From an uncultured Gemmatimonadales bacterium (GTDB taxonomy: Bacteria > Gemmatimonadota > Gemmatimonadetes > Longimicrobiales > Longimicrobiaceae), in the NCBI GenBank assembly GCA_963716255.1, contig OY970303.1, forward strand, positions 2,432,001 through 2,496,000: a DNA stretch of 64,000 nucleotides. The letters are read 5' to 3'. Position numbers and translations under genes: made by a program. Within the stretch, counting starts at the first letter, position 1. Every line of letters starts with the position of its first letter. This document shows positions 28,992-39,161 of this stretch, in pieces. Under the pieces are notes generated by a model. It was not told where the DNA came from. It ran no database searches and saw only the letters and a program-made list of their open reading frames with translations.

Positions 28992-29777
28992 CTACCTGCG
29001 CGTGGTGAGCAGGATCACCCCGTGGGCGTGCCCGATCCCGAAGCGGTAGGTGGCCTGGGCCGCGTTCAGGAACTGCACCGACCCCACGTCGGCGATGGGG
29101 ATGCCGCGCAGCGCCTCCAGCCCGCCCATGCGGGCGTTGTCCTGGTAGACGAGGATGGTGGGGAGCCCGGGGAGCACCGCCGTCCCGTCCTGGCCGCCCT
29201 GCACCTTGTCGCCCTCGCTGAAGCTCTGCGTGCCCCGCTCGCGCAGCCACTCCGGGTGCAGCCGCTGCACCAGCTCGAACACGTTGCTCGCGCTCGCCGC
29301 CAGGATCTCCTCCAGCGAGATGACCTCCTGCTCCCCGCGCCGCGCCTGCCGCAGGCTGGCCCGCAGGTCGGAGGAGGGCCGCGTGCCGATGAACAGCCCG
29401 CCCGCGCCCCCGAAGAGCGCCCCGCCGATCGCGAAGCCGGCGCGGTGGCCCGCCACCTCGTCGTTCGACTTCTTGTCCCAGTCGCTCCTCACCACCTGCG
29501 AAGTCACCAGCCCCAGCCACCCTCCCACCACCGCGCCGCCCAGGGTGTGCAGGAAGGAGCGGGCCGCCGCGTGGCCCCTCTGGCGGGGCGGGGCCGGGAG
29601 GGGCGCCGGGAGCGGGAGCGCAGCCTCGGCGGGCGCGGCCGCCGGGAGCGGGGCCGGCGCGAACACGGAGCGCACACCCTCCGCCGAGTAGCCCGGAGCG
29701 GGATCGGCCTGCTGGGCGCCGGCGCGCCCGGCGAGGACGACGGTCAGCGCGCACGCGAGCGAAGCGACTCTCTTCAT
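28992..29777 (-). CDS. Secreted/membrane hypothetical protein with Gly-zipper-like helices and a TonB-plug-like C-terminal domain
   Basis: Signal peptide MKRVASLACALTVVLA; C-terminal ELVQRLHPEWL...IADVGSVQFL..AQATYRFGIGHAHGVILLTT. Confidence 0.7.
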   Translation of the reverse strand: MKRVASLACALTVVLAGRAGAQQADPAPGYSAEGVRSVFAPAPLPAAAPAEAALPLPAPLPAPPRQRGHAAARSFLHTLGGAVVGGWLGLVTSQVVRSDWDKKSNDEVAGHRAGFAIGGALFGGAGGLFIGTRPSSDLRASLRQARRGEQEVISLEEILAASASNVFELVQRLHPEWLRERGTQSFSEGDKVQGGQDGTAVLPGLPTILVYQDNARMGGLEALRGIPIADVGSVQFLNAAQATYRFGIGHAHGVILLTTRR

Positions 29778-30290
29778 GGTGCCTCCACTGAGTGACTCCG
29801 GCGCGCGGGCGGCCTGCTGGGGGCCGCCCCGTGTCGGCGGAAAGATGCCGGCTCCTGCCGGGGGAGGGGGCAGGACGCGCTGCGGATCGCCGCGCGCCTC
29901 CGCTCGACGCGGAGACGGCGCGGGCCGTGACAGGAAAACGCCCGAGGTGCGCCGTTTGTGACACGGCGCGCCGGATACCTCCATGATAGGATGCGTCCGG
30001 CCGCCGCACCATGGGAAATCCTCCCCATGTAACCCCCCCTCCCGCGCCCGGGTCCCGGAGCCCGAACGGGCCTGCAAGGTGCGTGCTCCGGCGAGGCTCC
30101 CGCCGGCCGGGAGCGCGGGGGCCCGCTGCGCGCGCGCCGCCCCTGCGCGGCGGTGGAGCGAAACGCTCCACCGCGTCCTCCCGCGCGACACTCCGGCGCC
30201 CCGGCCTCTCGCGCGGCGGCCGGGGCCAGCGTACAATTCCGGGGACCGCCGCGCATCCCCGCGGCGCCCCCCGAACCAGCCCACCGCGAC

Positions 30291-31181
30291 ATGCCCCGCT
30301 ACATCGGCGCACACACCATCGACAACGGCGGCATCGACATGGCCGCCCGCCGCGCCGGCAACGCCGGGATGCGGGCGCTCCAGCTCTTCACCGCGCCGCC
30401 GCGCTTCTACGGCGACAAGGCCGGGATGAAGCCCGACAAGGTGAAGCGCTTCCACGCCGCGCTGGCCGAGGCCGGCATCCGCCCCGAGCACGTGGTGGTG
30501 CACGGCGCCTACGTGCTTGGCGTCGCCACCCCCGACGAGGCCAAGTGGGAGCGGGCGAGCGCCGGGCTGGCCAAGGAGCTGGAGCGCTCCACCGCCCTGG
30601 GCGTGGGCGGGGTATGCTTCCACCCCGGCTCCGCCTCGGACGGCGACCGGTCCGCCGCGGCGGAGCGGGTGGCCCGGGCGATCGTCGCCGCGCTGCAGAA
30701 GACCGAGGGGAGCACCCGCCTGCTGGTGGAGAACACCGCCGGCGCCGGGCAGACGCTGGGGCGCACCGCCGCCGAGGTGGCCGACATCCTCCGCCACGTC
30801 CCCGGCGAGCTGCGCCCGCGCACCGGCTACGGCCTGGACACCTGCCACCTGTTCGCCTCCGGCTACGACATCTCCGGGTCGGCCGCGGCGCAGCGCCGCA
30901 TCCTGGACGAGTGGGAGGAGGCCACGGGCGAGCGCCCTGCCTTTTTCCACCTCAACGACAGCGAGGGCGGGCTGGGCACCAACAAGGACCGCCACATGCT
31001 GCTGGGCGAGGGGCAGATCGGCGCCGAGGCGTTTCGCTGGCTCCTGGCCGACCCGCGCAGCGAGGGAATCCCGCTGATCCTGGAGACGCCGCAGGAGAAG
31101 CCCGACGTGGCCGACGACGACCCCTCCCCCGACCCGTGGGACGTGCGCATGGGCGAGCTGCTGCGGAGCTTCGTGGAGTGA
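30291..31181 (+). CDS. nfo: Endonuclease IV
   Basis: YIGAH, VHGAY, FHPG, ENTAG, DTCHLFASGY, HLNDS, DRH, ILETP. Confidence 0.93.
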   Translation: MPRYIGAHTIDNGGIDMAARRAGNAGMRALQLFTAPPRFYGDKAGMKPDKVKRFHAALAEAGIRPEHVVVHGAYVLGVATPDEAKWERASAGLAKELERSTALGVGGVCFHPGSASDGDRSAAAERVARAIVAALQKTEGSTRLLVENTAGAGQTLGRTAAEVADILRHVPGELRPRTGYGLDTCHLFASGYDISGSAAAQRRILDEWEEATGERPAFFHLNDSEGGLGTNKDRHMLLGEGQIGAEAFRWLLADPRSEGIPLILETPQEKPDVADDDPSPDPWDVRMGELLRSFVE

Positions 31182-31666
31182 CGCGCGCCCTGCTGGCCGC
31201 CCTCGCCGCGGCGAGCGTGGCGTGCGCGTCCCCCGCGCGCGCTCCCGCCCTGCCCGCGCCCCGTCCGCCGGCCGCGGCTCCCGCGCCGGCGGACCAAGCC
31301 GCGGCGTTCGCGGACGTGCTCAACCGCCACCGCGAGCGCGCGGGGTGCGCGCCGCTGGCCTGGCACGAGGGCGCGGCGCGGGCGGCCCAGGCGCACGCCG
31401 AGGACATGCGCCGGCGCGGCTACTTCGACCACGACTCGCCCGAAGGCCTCCGACCCCGCGACCGCCTGCGGGCCGCCGGCGTGCAGGTGCGCGGCGTCAC
31501 GGCCGAGAACATCGTGGACGCCCCCTTCGGCGGGGAGCGCCTGCTGGCCCGCCTGCTCGCCAGCCCGGTGCACCGGCAGAACATCGAGGACTGCGGCTTC
31601 ACCCACCACGGCATCGGCCGGGCGGGAGACCTGTGGGTGCACCTGTTCCTGACCGTGCGCCCGTGA
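31178..31666 (+). CDS. CAP/SCP domain lipoprotein
   Basis: NRHR, AQAHAEDM..RGYFDH, AENI, SPVHRQNI. Confidence 0.88.
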   Translation: MTRALLAALAAASVACASPARAPALPAPRPPAAAPAPADQAAAFADVLNRHRERAGCAPLAWHEGAARAAQAHAEDMRRRGYFDHDSPEGLRPRDRLRAAGVQVRGVTAENIVDAPFGGERLLARLLASPVHRQNIEDCGFTHHGIGRAGDLWVHLFLTVRP

Positions 31667-31938
31667 GCGACGCCTTCCGCCGCCGCCGCGAGGACCGGCG
31701 CCGCTTCCTGGAGCGGCTGTACCGGAGCAGCGAGGAGGAGGCGATCGTCTACGAGGACGGGTACGCCGTGGCCGAGGAGCTGGGGCTGTCGCGCGCCGAC
31801 GCCGAGCGCATCGCCCGCTACCACGAGGACCACGGCTACGTGCAGAACATGGGCGGGTCCGGGCTGGTGCTGCGCATCACGGCCCGCGGCATCGACTTCA
31901 TCGAGTCGGAGGGTTCTGTTTCCGGGGAGGATTCGTAG
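31663..31938 (+). CDS. Small winged-helix-like hypothetical protein
   Basis: VAEELGLS...ITARGIDFIE; translationally coupled to the CAP gene. Confidence 0.7.
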   Translation: MSDAFRRRREDRRRFLERLYRSSEEEAIVYEDGYAVAEELGLSRADAERIARYHEDHGYVQNMGGSGLVLRITARGIDFIESEGSVSGEDS

Positions 31939-31960
31939 GCGGGGCTCTCGCTGTCGTGGC

Positions 31961-32103
31961 GGGCCGCTCCGGAGCCCGGCGATACTGCTGCCGGTCTCCT
32001 GCGCGGGGCCGGTGAGCCCCGGAAACAGCCCCGGGTCTCCCCGTCCGCGGAGTGAGCCAGCCAAACTGCCGGCTGTCTCCCTCCGCACAGATGGATATGG
32101 GTA
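31961..32103 (+). repeat. Family B copy 2
   Basis: GGGCCGCTCC plus three hairpins with ATACTGC, AAACAGCC and AAACTGCC loops. Confidence 0.85.
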
Positions 32104-32185
32104 AGACGGTACGGCGAACGACGAAAAGCACCTCTGCCCGTACTTCGTACTGCCGTTCACTTTCGCACTTTCGCACTCACCGTCC

Positions 32186-32635
32186 ATGATCCTCGATTCC
32201 CTGGCTGGCTTCGACGACACCGGGCTCCCGGACGGCGTGCGGGAGGCCATGCGCTGGCTGCGCGCCTTCGACCCGGCGACGGAGGACGGGCGCTACGCGG
32301 TGCGCGGGGAGGAGGTGTTCGCCCTGGTGCAGACGTACGAGACGGGGCCGGCCACGGGAAAGCGCTTCGAGTCGCACCGGGCGCACCTGGACGTGCAGTA
32401 CGTGGCGGAGGGGGAGGAGCGCATCCTGCACGCACCCGTACGCCTCCTCGCGGTGGCGGAGGCGTACGACCCGGAGCGGGACGTGGCGTTCTACGGGGAG
32501 CCCGGGTACGCCAGCTCCATCCTGATGCGGCCGGGCGACTTCGCGGTGCTGCTCCCCGGCGACGGGCACAAGCCCGGGTGCATGGCCGGCGGACGGCACC
32601 GGGTCAGGAAAGTCGTCGTCAAGGTGAGGATCTGA
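32186..32635 (+). CDS. YhcH/YjgK/YiaL family protein
   Basis: FESHRAHLDVQY, YDPERDVAF, PGDGHKP, VRKVVVKV. Confidence 0.92.
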   Translation: MILDSLAGFDDTGLPDGVREAMRWLRAFDPATEDGRYAVRGEEVFALVQTYETGPATGKRFESHRAHLDVQYVAEGEERILHAPVRLLAVAEAYDPERDVAFYGEPGYASSILMRPGDFAVLLPGDGHKPGCMAGGRHRVRKVVVKVRI

Positions 32636-33042
32636 TGGCGGGGCCCGGGCAGTCCCGCCCCACGTCCCCGGCCACGCTGGGCCTCATCCGCCTGGCGATG
32701 CTGGGCGGGATGCTCGCCTTCGGCGCGGTGGCGTGGTACCTCACGCACCAGCCGGGGTGGCGGCCCTCGCTGCCCACCGGCAGGGACGGGTTCTTCTACG
32801 CGTCGCTGGGCATCTGGGCGGTGGTCACGGTGGTGCTGCTGCTGCTGCGGGCGCGCGTCCGCAGCGAGGCCGATCCGCGCCGCCGCACCCCGCTCATGCT
32901 GGTGGGGTGGGCGCTGGGGGAGATGCCGGCCATCTGGGGCGGCATCTACTACCTGCTCACGGGCGACCCGCAGCGCTACGTCACCGGGCTGCTCTTCCTG
33001 GTGATGGCCTTTCTGCTCCTCCCCGTCCGCGCCCGCGACTGA
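32635..33042 (+). CDS. Membrane hypothetical protein
   Basis: About 4 hydrophobic helices; coupled to the upstream gene. Confidence 0.75.
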   Translation: MAGPGQSRPTSPATLGLIRLAMLGGMLAFGAVAWYLTHQPGWRPSLPTGRDGFFYASLGIWAVVTVVLLLLRARVRSEADPRRRTPLMLVGWALGEMPAIWGGIYYLLTGDPQRYVTGLLFLVMAFLLLPVRARD

Positions 33043-33126
33043 CGCCGGATCCGCGTAAACCAGGCTCCGTGGGACACCGGCAAGGTTTTGAGTCAAGGGG
33101 GCCGGGGGGTGAGGGGGCCAACCCTC

Positions 33127-33276
33127 GCGGACGTCGGCGCGATGCCCGCGTGAGGGATTTCGGCCCGAAGGGGCGAGACCCCGCGGCAGTTTGCGGGGGC
33201 TCGACTCCGTTGCAGACGGTCGTTTCGTCTGCTACGGAGCCGAAGCCCGACCCCGGCGCCAGCCGGGGGCACGCCC
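33127..33276 (+). repeat. Family A copy 5
   Basis: Matches the family A consensus. Confidence 0.9.
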
Positions 33277-33379
33277 GAACCGGCCGTAAAAAACCGGGCG
33301 GGTTTGCCGTACCCCCACCCGCGCCCGTAGACTTCCCGTCCGCCGCTCCGGCACCCCGGAACCAGCAACCCCCCGTGGA

Positions 33380-35236
33380 ATGAACGCCCGCGCACTCCTG
33401 ATCGCCCTCGCGCTCCCGGCCGCGCACGCCGCAGCCCAGGCCCCGGTCAGCTACGAAGTCGCCTTTCCCAACGCCGTGCACCACGAGGCGGAGGTCTCGG
33501 CCACCTTCGCCGGGGTGCCGGCCGGCCGGCCGCTGCAGGTGAGGATGAGCCGCGCCTCGCCGGGGCGCTACGCGCTTCACGAGTTCGCCAAGAACGTGTA
33601 CTCGCTCAAGGCGTTCGACGGGCAGGGACGCCCGCTGGCCGTGACCCGCCCGGACCCGTACGGCTGGGACGTGGCCGGCCACGACGGCACGGTGCGCGTC
33701 ACCTACACGCTGTTCGGCGACCGCGCCGACGGCACGTACGCCCAGGTGGACGCCACCCACGCGCACCTCAACACCCCCGCCGCGTTCGTGTGGGCGCGCG
33801 GGCTGGAGAAGCGCCCGGTGCGGGTCACCTTCCGCCCGGCGGACCCCGCGTGGAAGGTGGCGACGCAGCTGGCGCCCACCGGCGACCCGTACACCTTCAC
33901 CGCGCCCGACCTGCAGTACTTCATGGACTCGCCCGTGGAGGTGAGCGACCACGACCTGCGCAGCTGGCAGGTGGCGAGCAACGGGAAGACCTACACCATC
34001 CGCCTGGCGCTGCACCACGGCGGCACCCCCGCGGAGGCCGCCGCGTACACCGAGATGGCGAAGCGGGTGGTGGCCGAGGAGGCGGCGGCCATGGGCGGGC
34101 TCCCGGACTTCGACTACGGCACCTACACCTTCCTGGCGGACTACCTTCCGCAGGTCTCCGGGGACGGGATGGAGCACCGCAACTCCACGGTGGTCACCAG
34201 CTCCCGGCCGCTCTCCACCGGCGCGGTGGGCAACCTGGGCACCATCTCGCACGAGTTCTTCCACGCCTGGAACGTGGAGCGCATCCGCCCGCGCTCGCTG
34301 GAGCCGTTCGACTTCGAGCGGGCGAACATGTCCGGCGAGCTCTGGTTCGCGGAGGGCTTCACGCAGTACTACACGCCGCTCTTCCTCCGGCGCGCGGGGG
34401 TCTCGGGCACGGAGCAGTACGCGCCGTCGCTGGCGGGCACCATCAACGCGGTGACGCTCTCGCCGGGGCGGCAGCTGTTCTCGGCCGTGGAGATGAGCAT
34501 GCAGGCGCCGTTCGTGGACGCGGCCGCTTCCATCGACCCCAACAACCGCGGCAACACCTACATCTCGTACTACACGTGGGGCGCGGGAATCGGGCTGGGG
34601 CTGGACCTGGCGCTTCGCGCGCGCGGGCTTTCGCTGGACGGCTACATGCAGCGCATGTGGCGCGACTTCGGGCGCCTGCAGGACACCGTCGCCCACGCGC
34701 CGCGGACGCCGTACACGCTCGCCGACCTGCGCGGCACCCTGGGCGCGTACGCGGGCGACCGGGCCTTCGCGGACGACTTCTTCCGCCGCTACGTGGAAGG
34801 TCACGAGGTGCCGGACTACGAGCGCCTGCTGGCCCCCGCCGGGCTGCTGCTGCGCCGCGCCCAGCCGGGCCGCGCCTGGATCGGCGAGATGGTGGTGGGC
34901 TTCGAGGACAGCGTGGCGACCGTGGGCTCGTACCCGCTGACCGGCTCGCCGCTCTACCGCGCCGGCCTCACCGACGGCGACCGGATCGTTGCACTGGGCG
35001 GCCGCCCCGTCGCGACCCAGGCGGACATGGCCGCCGTGCTCGCCGCGCGCAAGCCCGGCGACGCCATCCCCGTGGAGTGGGAGGGCCGCGCCGGCCGCCG
35101 CACCGCCACGCTGCAGGCGGTGGAGAGTCCGGTCGTTGAGGTGGTGACGTACGAGGCCGCCGGCCGCCCTGTGACCGCCGCCATGCGCGCCTTCCGCGAA
35201 AGCTGGCTGGGGTCGAAAGCAGGGAACAGGGAATAA
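33380..35236 (+). CDS. M61 family glycyl aminopeptidase with PDZ domain
   Basis: GMEHRNST, HEFFHAWN, LWFAEGFTQYY. Confidence 0.93.
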   Translation: MNARALLIALALPAAHAAAQAPVSYEVAFPNAVHHEAEVSATFAGVPAGRPLQVRMSRASPGRYALHEFAKNVYSLKAFDGQGRPLAVTRPDPYGWDVAGHDGTVRVTYTLFGDRADGTYAQVDATHAHLNTPAAFVWARGLEKRPVRVTFRPADPAWKVATQLAPTGDPYTFTAPDLQYFMDSPVEVSDHDLRSWQVASNGKTYTIRLALHHGGTPAEAAAYTEMAKRVVAEEAAAMGGLPDFDYGTYTFLADYLPQVSGDGMEHRNSTVVTSSRPLSTGAVGNLGTISHEFFHAWNVERIRPRSLEPFDFERANMSGELWFAEGFTQYYTPLFLRRAGVSGTEQYAPSLAGTINAVTLSPGRQLFSAVEMSMQAPFVDAAASIDPNNRGNTYISYYTWGAGIGLGLDLALRARGLSLDGYMQRMWRDFGRLQDTVAHAPRTPYTLADLRGTLGAYAGDRAFADDFFRRYVEGHEVPDYERLLAPAGLLLRRAQPGRAWIGEMVVGFEDSVATVGSYPLTGSPLYRAGLTDGDRIVALGGRPVATQADMAAVLAARKPGDAIPVEWEGRAGRRTATLQAVESPVVEVVTYEAAGRPVTAAMRAFRESWLGSKAGNRE

Positions 35237-35256
35237 CAGCCTGCAACGGCAGAACG

Positions 35257-35299
35257 AAACGGCGCCCCCACCTCAGCATCGAGGTGGGGGCGCCGTTTT
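35257..35299. terminator. Bidirectional intrinsic terminator
   Basis: AAACGGCGCCCCCACCTC...GAGGTGGGGGCGCCGTTTT. Confidence 0.7.
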
Positions 35300-35310
35300 G
35301 CAGTTCATGC

Positions 35311-35459
35311 AGTATCCCCCGGATTCTGTTCGGGGGGAGACTCGCCGGCTGTTTGGCGAGGCTCACCCCGGCGGAGGGAAACCCGCCGGCCGTTTGGCGG
35401 GGTTCCCGGAGCCCGCGCAGGAGACGGACGGCTGTATCGTCCGTCTCCGTAGCGGCCCC
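35311..35459 (-). repeat. Family B copy 3
   Basis: Three GARAC-stem-GGCYGTTT/GCTGTAT-stem-GKYTC hairpins. Confidence 0.85.
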
Positions 35460-35482
35460 GCCTCAGCGCAGAAAAACTCAGC

Positions 35483-35839
35483 TCACGAGTTGGGCACGTA
35501 CAGCGTGATCTGGTCCCCCTCGTGCACGGAGATCTCCTGGGAGATGGGGGTGCGGTTGCTCCCGATGGGATCGATCAGGAAGCTGAGCGACGTGACGCCC
35601 GACACGATGGCCGCGGGAATGGTGAGCACCGTCGTCGTGACGGCCTGCACGGTGCCCAGCCGAACCCGCTGGCCGCCACGGATGGCGTACACGTTGACGG
35701 CGGACCAGCTCCGGTTCTCCACCTCCACCGTGGTGCGCAGGCTGTCGCCGGGCGCGGCGCCGCGGCTGCGGTTGCCGGCGCACCCGGCCAGCAGGAGCAC
35801 GGGGAGCAGGAGGAGGAGCAGAGGGCGTAGGGATCTCAC
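35483..35839 (-). CDS. Small lipoprotein
   Basis: GTG start with GGAGG RBS; lipobox LAGC. Confidence 0.8.
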   Translation of the reverse strand: MRSLRPLLLLLLPVLLLAGCAGNRSRGAAPGDSLRTTVEVENRSWSAVNVYAIRGGQRVRLGTVQAVTTTVLTIPAAIVSGVTSLSFLIDPIGSNRTPISQEISVHEGDQITLYVPNS

Positions 35840-35886
35840 GGCGGACCTCCTTGAACGGTTCGGTTGCGCGGAAGGGCGCCGAACGG

Positions 35887-36108
35887 TCACCCCTCCCACG
35901 GCCGGGACGCGGCGAGCTGCTCGCGCAGCTCCTGTTCCGACATCTCCGCGAGCTCGCGCTCGGCGTCCCGGACGGTCTCGGACGCGAGGGCGGCCACCCG
36001 GACCCCGCCCTCGGCGCGGGGAGCGAGGAGGAGGACCGCAGCCCCCCACGACTCCCGGCCCACCGCGGCGTCCCAGGTACGCCCCGCGTCGTCGCTGAAG
36101 CTACGCAT
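35887..36108 (-). CDS. Small hypothetical protein
   Basis: MRSFSDDAGRTWDAAVGRESWG; overlaps the upstream stop. Confidence 0.7.
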   Translation of the reverse strand: MRSFSDDAGRTWDAAVGRESWGAAVLLLAPRAEGGVRVAALASETVRDAERELAEMSEQELREQLAASRPWEG

Positions 36109-36643
36109 CTGGCGGGCCGGAAGTTCCCCCGGGCGCGGCAAGGGCTTCGCCCAGCAGGCGGACCAGCTCGGGATCCCGGGCGTTCACGGGGCCCACGTGC
36201 TTCCACAGGATGGTGCCGTCGCGCCCCAGCAGAAAGGTGCTGGGGACGCCCAGGGTGCGGAAGGTGGAGGAAACGCGCTCGTCGGGGTCCAGCCACACGG
36301 CGTAGGTCATCCCGTACTCGCGGGCAAAGCCGGCCACGGCGGGGCGGTCTGCGCGGTTGTCCACGCTGACGCCCACCAGCGCCAGCCCCCCGGGCGCGTA
36401 GCGCTCGTGGAGCTGCTGCAGGGCGGGGATCTCCTCGCGGCAGGGGTGGCACCAGGTGGCCCACACGTTGAGGAGCACCACGCGCCCCCGGAGGCCAGCC
36501 AGCGACACGGAGTCGCCGTCCAGGGCGGTGGCGGCGTAGGCGGGGGCGGGGTTCCCCACCTCGGGCGGGGCCACGCGCCCCTCGCCGCAGGCGGCGAGCG
36601 CCAGCAGGAGCGCGGCGCAGGCGGCGGCGCGCGGCGCCCTCAC
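36101..36643 (-). CDS. TlpA-family thiol-disulfide oxidoreductase lipoprotein
   Basis: NVWATWCHPCREEIP, GVPSTF. Confidence 0.92.
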   Translation of the reverse strand: MRAPRAAACAALLLALAACGEGRVAPPEVGNPAPAYAATALDGDSVSLAGLRGRVVLLNVWATWCHPCREEIPALQQLHERYAPGGLALVGVSVDNRADRPAVAGFAREYGMTYAVWLDPDERVSSTFRTLGVPSTFLLGRDGTILWKHVGPVNARDPELVRLLGEALAAPGGTSGPPDA

Positions 36644-37917
36644 CGGCCGCCCCCCAGCGTGGCCCGCGCGGTGCGGACCGTGGAGGGGTCCCCGGGCGCC
36701 GTCCAGGCGAAGACCACTTCGCCCCCGCTGCGCACCATGCGCGGGAAGCCGCTGGCCCGCTCGCCGCCGGTGGCGGCGACGACCGTGGCGGCGCCGCGCC
36801 CGCCGTCCGGGGACACGCGGCGGGCGCGCACCTCGGCGGCCTCGCCGCCCGTGCGCTCGATCCAGCTCACCAGCGCGGCGCCGCCGTCCAGCAGCTCCAC
36901 GTCCACCCGCCCGCCGGGGTCGCCGTCGTCCACGCGCACGGGGTCGCCCCAGGTGGCGCCCGCGTCGCGCGAGAAGGCCACCAGCACGCGGGCGGTGTCG
37001 CGCGCGCCGCTGAACCAGGCCACGGCCACCTGCTCGCCGCGGGCGGCCACCTGCGGGCCGTTCACCGGGCAGGCGTCGATCTTCCAGCCGTCTGCGTGCA
37101 CGGGGCGCGGCTCGGTCCAGCGCCCGCCCACGCGGCGCACCACGTACACGTCGCGGACCTCGTCCGGCGAACGGTCGCGGTACACCACCAGCGGCCCCGC
37201 GGAGGTCGTGGCCTGCCCGGTCTGGCAGCAGTCGCAGATGCGCGCGTCCAGCGGACGCTCGGCGCCCACGCCGCCGTCGGCGGCGAGCGCGGTGTGCACC
37301 AGCATGGTCTCGCCCCCGCCGTGCCCGCCGTCGCCGCCGTGCGCCTCGGCCGCGGCGTACTTGCGCCCGTCCAGCCACACGGCGCCCAGCGAGTCGCCCT
37401 CGGCGGGCCACAGCGACACGAAGCCGTGCTCGGCGGCGGTGCCGTCGCGGTGCGGGACGACGCCCGGGCTCCAGGTGGCGCCGCCGTCGGCGGAGCGGGC
37501 GATGCGCACGTCGTAGGCGTAGCGCCCCGCGCCGCTGCGCTGGAGCCAGTGGGCGGCCAGCCGCCCCCCGGGGAGCACGGCCAGCGAGGGGAAGTCGGCC
37601 CAGTTGACGAACCAGTCGCGCCCGGAGGCGACGGTGCGCGGCGCGGACCAGCGCCCCCCCTCCAGCACGGCGAAGCGCAGGGCGTGCGCGGAGTCGGGGG
37701 CGGGCTCCACCCAGCTCAGGTACACGCGGCCGTCGTCGCCCGCGGCCAGGTTGGGCTCGGCGCTCCCGGGGGCGGCGGGCGAGGGGATCTCCCGCAGCGC
37801 GGCGAGCGCCGCGGCCGGAGCGGCCGCGGCGCCTTTCCCGGCGTCCGCGCCGCCGTCCGGGCGGCAGGACGCGAGCGCCGGCAGGGCGAGGGCGCAGGCG
37901 AGGAGGTCGCGGCGCAC
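36640..37917 (-). CDS. BNR-repeat/sialidase-like lipoprotein
   Basis: Asp-boxes SADGGATW and SRDAGATW, CDCC, CPVNGP. Confidence 0.85.
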   Translation of the reverse strand: MRRDLLACALALPALASCRPDGGADAGKGAAAAPAAALAALREIPSPAAPGSAEPNLAAGDDGRVYLSWVEPAPDSAHALRFAVLEGGRWSAPRTVASGRDWFVNWADFPSLAVLPGGRLAAHWLQRSGAGRYAYDVRIARSADGGATWSPGVVPHRDGTAAEHGFVSLWPAEGDSLGAVWLDGRKYAAAEAHGGDGGHGGGETMLVHTALAADGGVGAERPLDARICDCCQTGQATTSAGPLVVYRDRSPDEVRDVYVVRRVGGRWTEPRPVHADGWKIDACPVNGPQVAARGEQVAVAWFSGARDTARVLVAFSRDAGATWGDPVRVDDGDPGGRVDVELLDGGAALVSWIERTGGEAAEVRARRVSPDGGRGAATVVAATGGERASGFPRMVRSGGEVVFAWTAPGDPSTVRTARATLGGGR

Positions 37918-37930
37918 GGAAGCTCTCCGC

Positions 37931-39043
37931 CTACTGGAAGTTGGGCGGCGGGGTGGGCTGACCGCCGGGCTTCCACTGCGGGGCGGGGCCGTCGGCGAGC
38001 ATGCGCACGGCCTGCACGCCGGCGTCGATGACGCGCGCCATGTGCTGGAAGTCCACGCGCTCCACCTCGTCGTTGACGCCGTGGTAGTCCGAGTGCAGCC
38101 CGAAGGACGACAGGGTGTGCGCGACGACGCCCTTCCAGGCGAACACCACGTTGTCGCTGCGCTCGAAGAAGTTCTGCGTGGGGCGCGGGTCGGGGACGAT
38201 GGGGTTGCCGGCGGCGCGCAGCATCTCGCCCATGCTGGAGCGGTCGTACCCGGTGAGCCAGGCGCGCCCGGGGCCGCCGGCCAGCGAGTCGGGGCGACCG
38301 ATCATCTCGATCTGGATGTCGGCGACGGTGCGCTCCAGCGGGTAGCGCGGGTTGCGGACGTACCAACGGATGCCGGTGAAGCCCACCTCCTCGCCGGTGG
38401 TGAGCAGGAAGACGACGCTGCGTTTGGGCGGGGACTGCGCCAGCGCGCGGGCGATCTCCAGCACGGCCACGGTGCCGGAGCCGTCGTCGTCCGCCCCGTT
38501 GTTGATGGAGTCGCCGTCCACCGCCCTGCCGATGCCGATGTGGTCGAAGTGCGCGCCCACCACGACGTACTGGTCGCGCAGCGCCGGGTCGCTCCCCGGG
38601 AGCACGCCCACCACGTTGACGTCCGGGGCGCGGCGGGCGGCCGGGATGGTGTCGGCGTCGCCCGGCGTGTTCAGCAGGCGGTACCCGTTGCTGCCGTTGG
38701 GGCGCGGCACCAGCGCCATGGGGACGCGCTGGTAGAAGGCGCTGTCCCCCGCGGGCTGGATGCCGATGCGCTGGAGCTGCGCGGCGATGAAGCGCGCGGC
38801 GCGGGCGCTCCCCGGGCTGGCGGTGCGCCGCCCCTCCATGCTGTCCGCCGAGAGCGCGGAAAGCAGCGCCCGCACGTCGTCCGGCGAAGTGCGGGAGGTC
38901 CCGGCCGCGGACGGCGCGGCGGTCGCGGTCCCGGCGGGCGCCGCGCCGGGGTCGGAGACCGGGGCGGGCGCGGGGGAGCACGCCGCCAGCGCGAGCGCGC
39001 AGGCGGCCAGGAGCTGCGGGGGTGCGGACCGGGGTCGGGGCAT
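37931..39043 (-). CDS. M28 family peptidase lipoprotein
   Basis: GAHFDH, NGADDDGSG, GEEVG, RSDN, DYH. Confidence 0.92.
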   Translation of the reverse strand: MPRPRSAPPQLLAACALALAACSPAPAPVSDPGAAPAGTATAAPSAAGTSRTSPDDVRALLSALSADSMEGRRTASPGSARAARFIAAQLQRIGIQPAGDSAFYQRVPMALVPRPNGSNGYRLLNTPGDADTIPAARRAPDVNVVGVLPGSDPALRDQYVVVGAHFDHIGIGRAVDGDSINNGADDDGSGTVAVLEIARALAQSPPKRSVVFLLTTGEEVGFTGIRWYVRNPRYPLERTVADIQIEMIGRPDSLAGGPGRAWLTGYDRSSMGEMLRAAGNPIVPDPRPTQNFFERSDNVVFAWKGVVAHTLSSFGLHSDYHGVNDEVERVDFQHMARVIDAGVQAVRMLADGPAPQWKPGGQPTPPPNFQ

Positions 39044-39161
39044 CGTCGGCTCGGTGCGGGGGAGGGGCGGCGTTCGCTGGGCTCCGCCAATATGGCGCCG
39101 CCGCGGGCGGAGCGGCAACGTCCCGGCTCGGCGGACGGCCCGTCTCCACCCGCGGCGGCCG

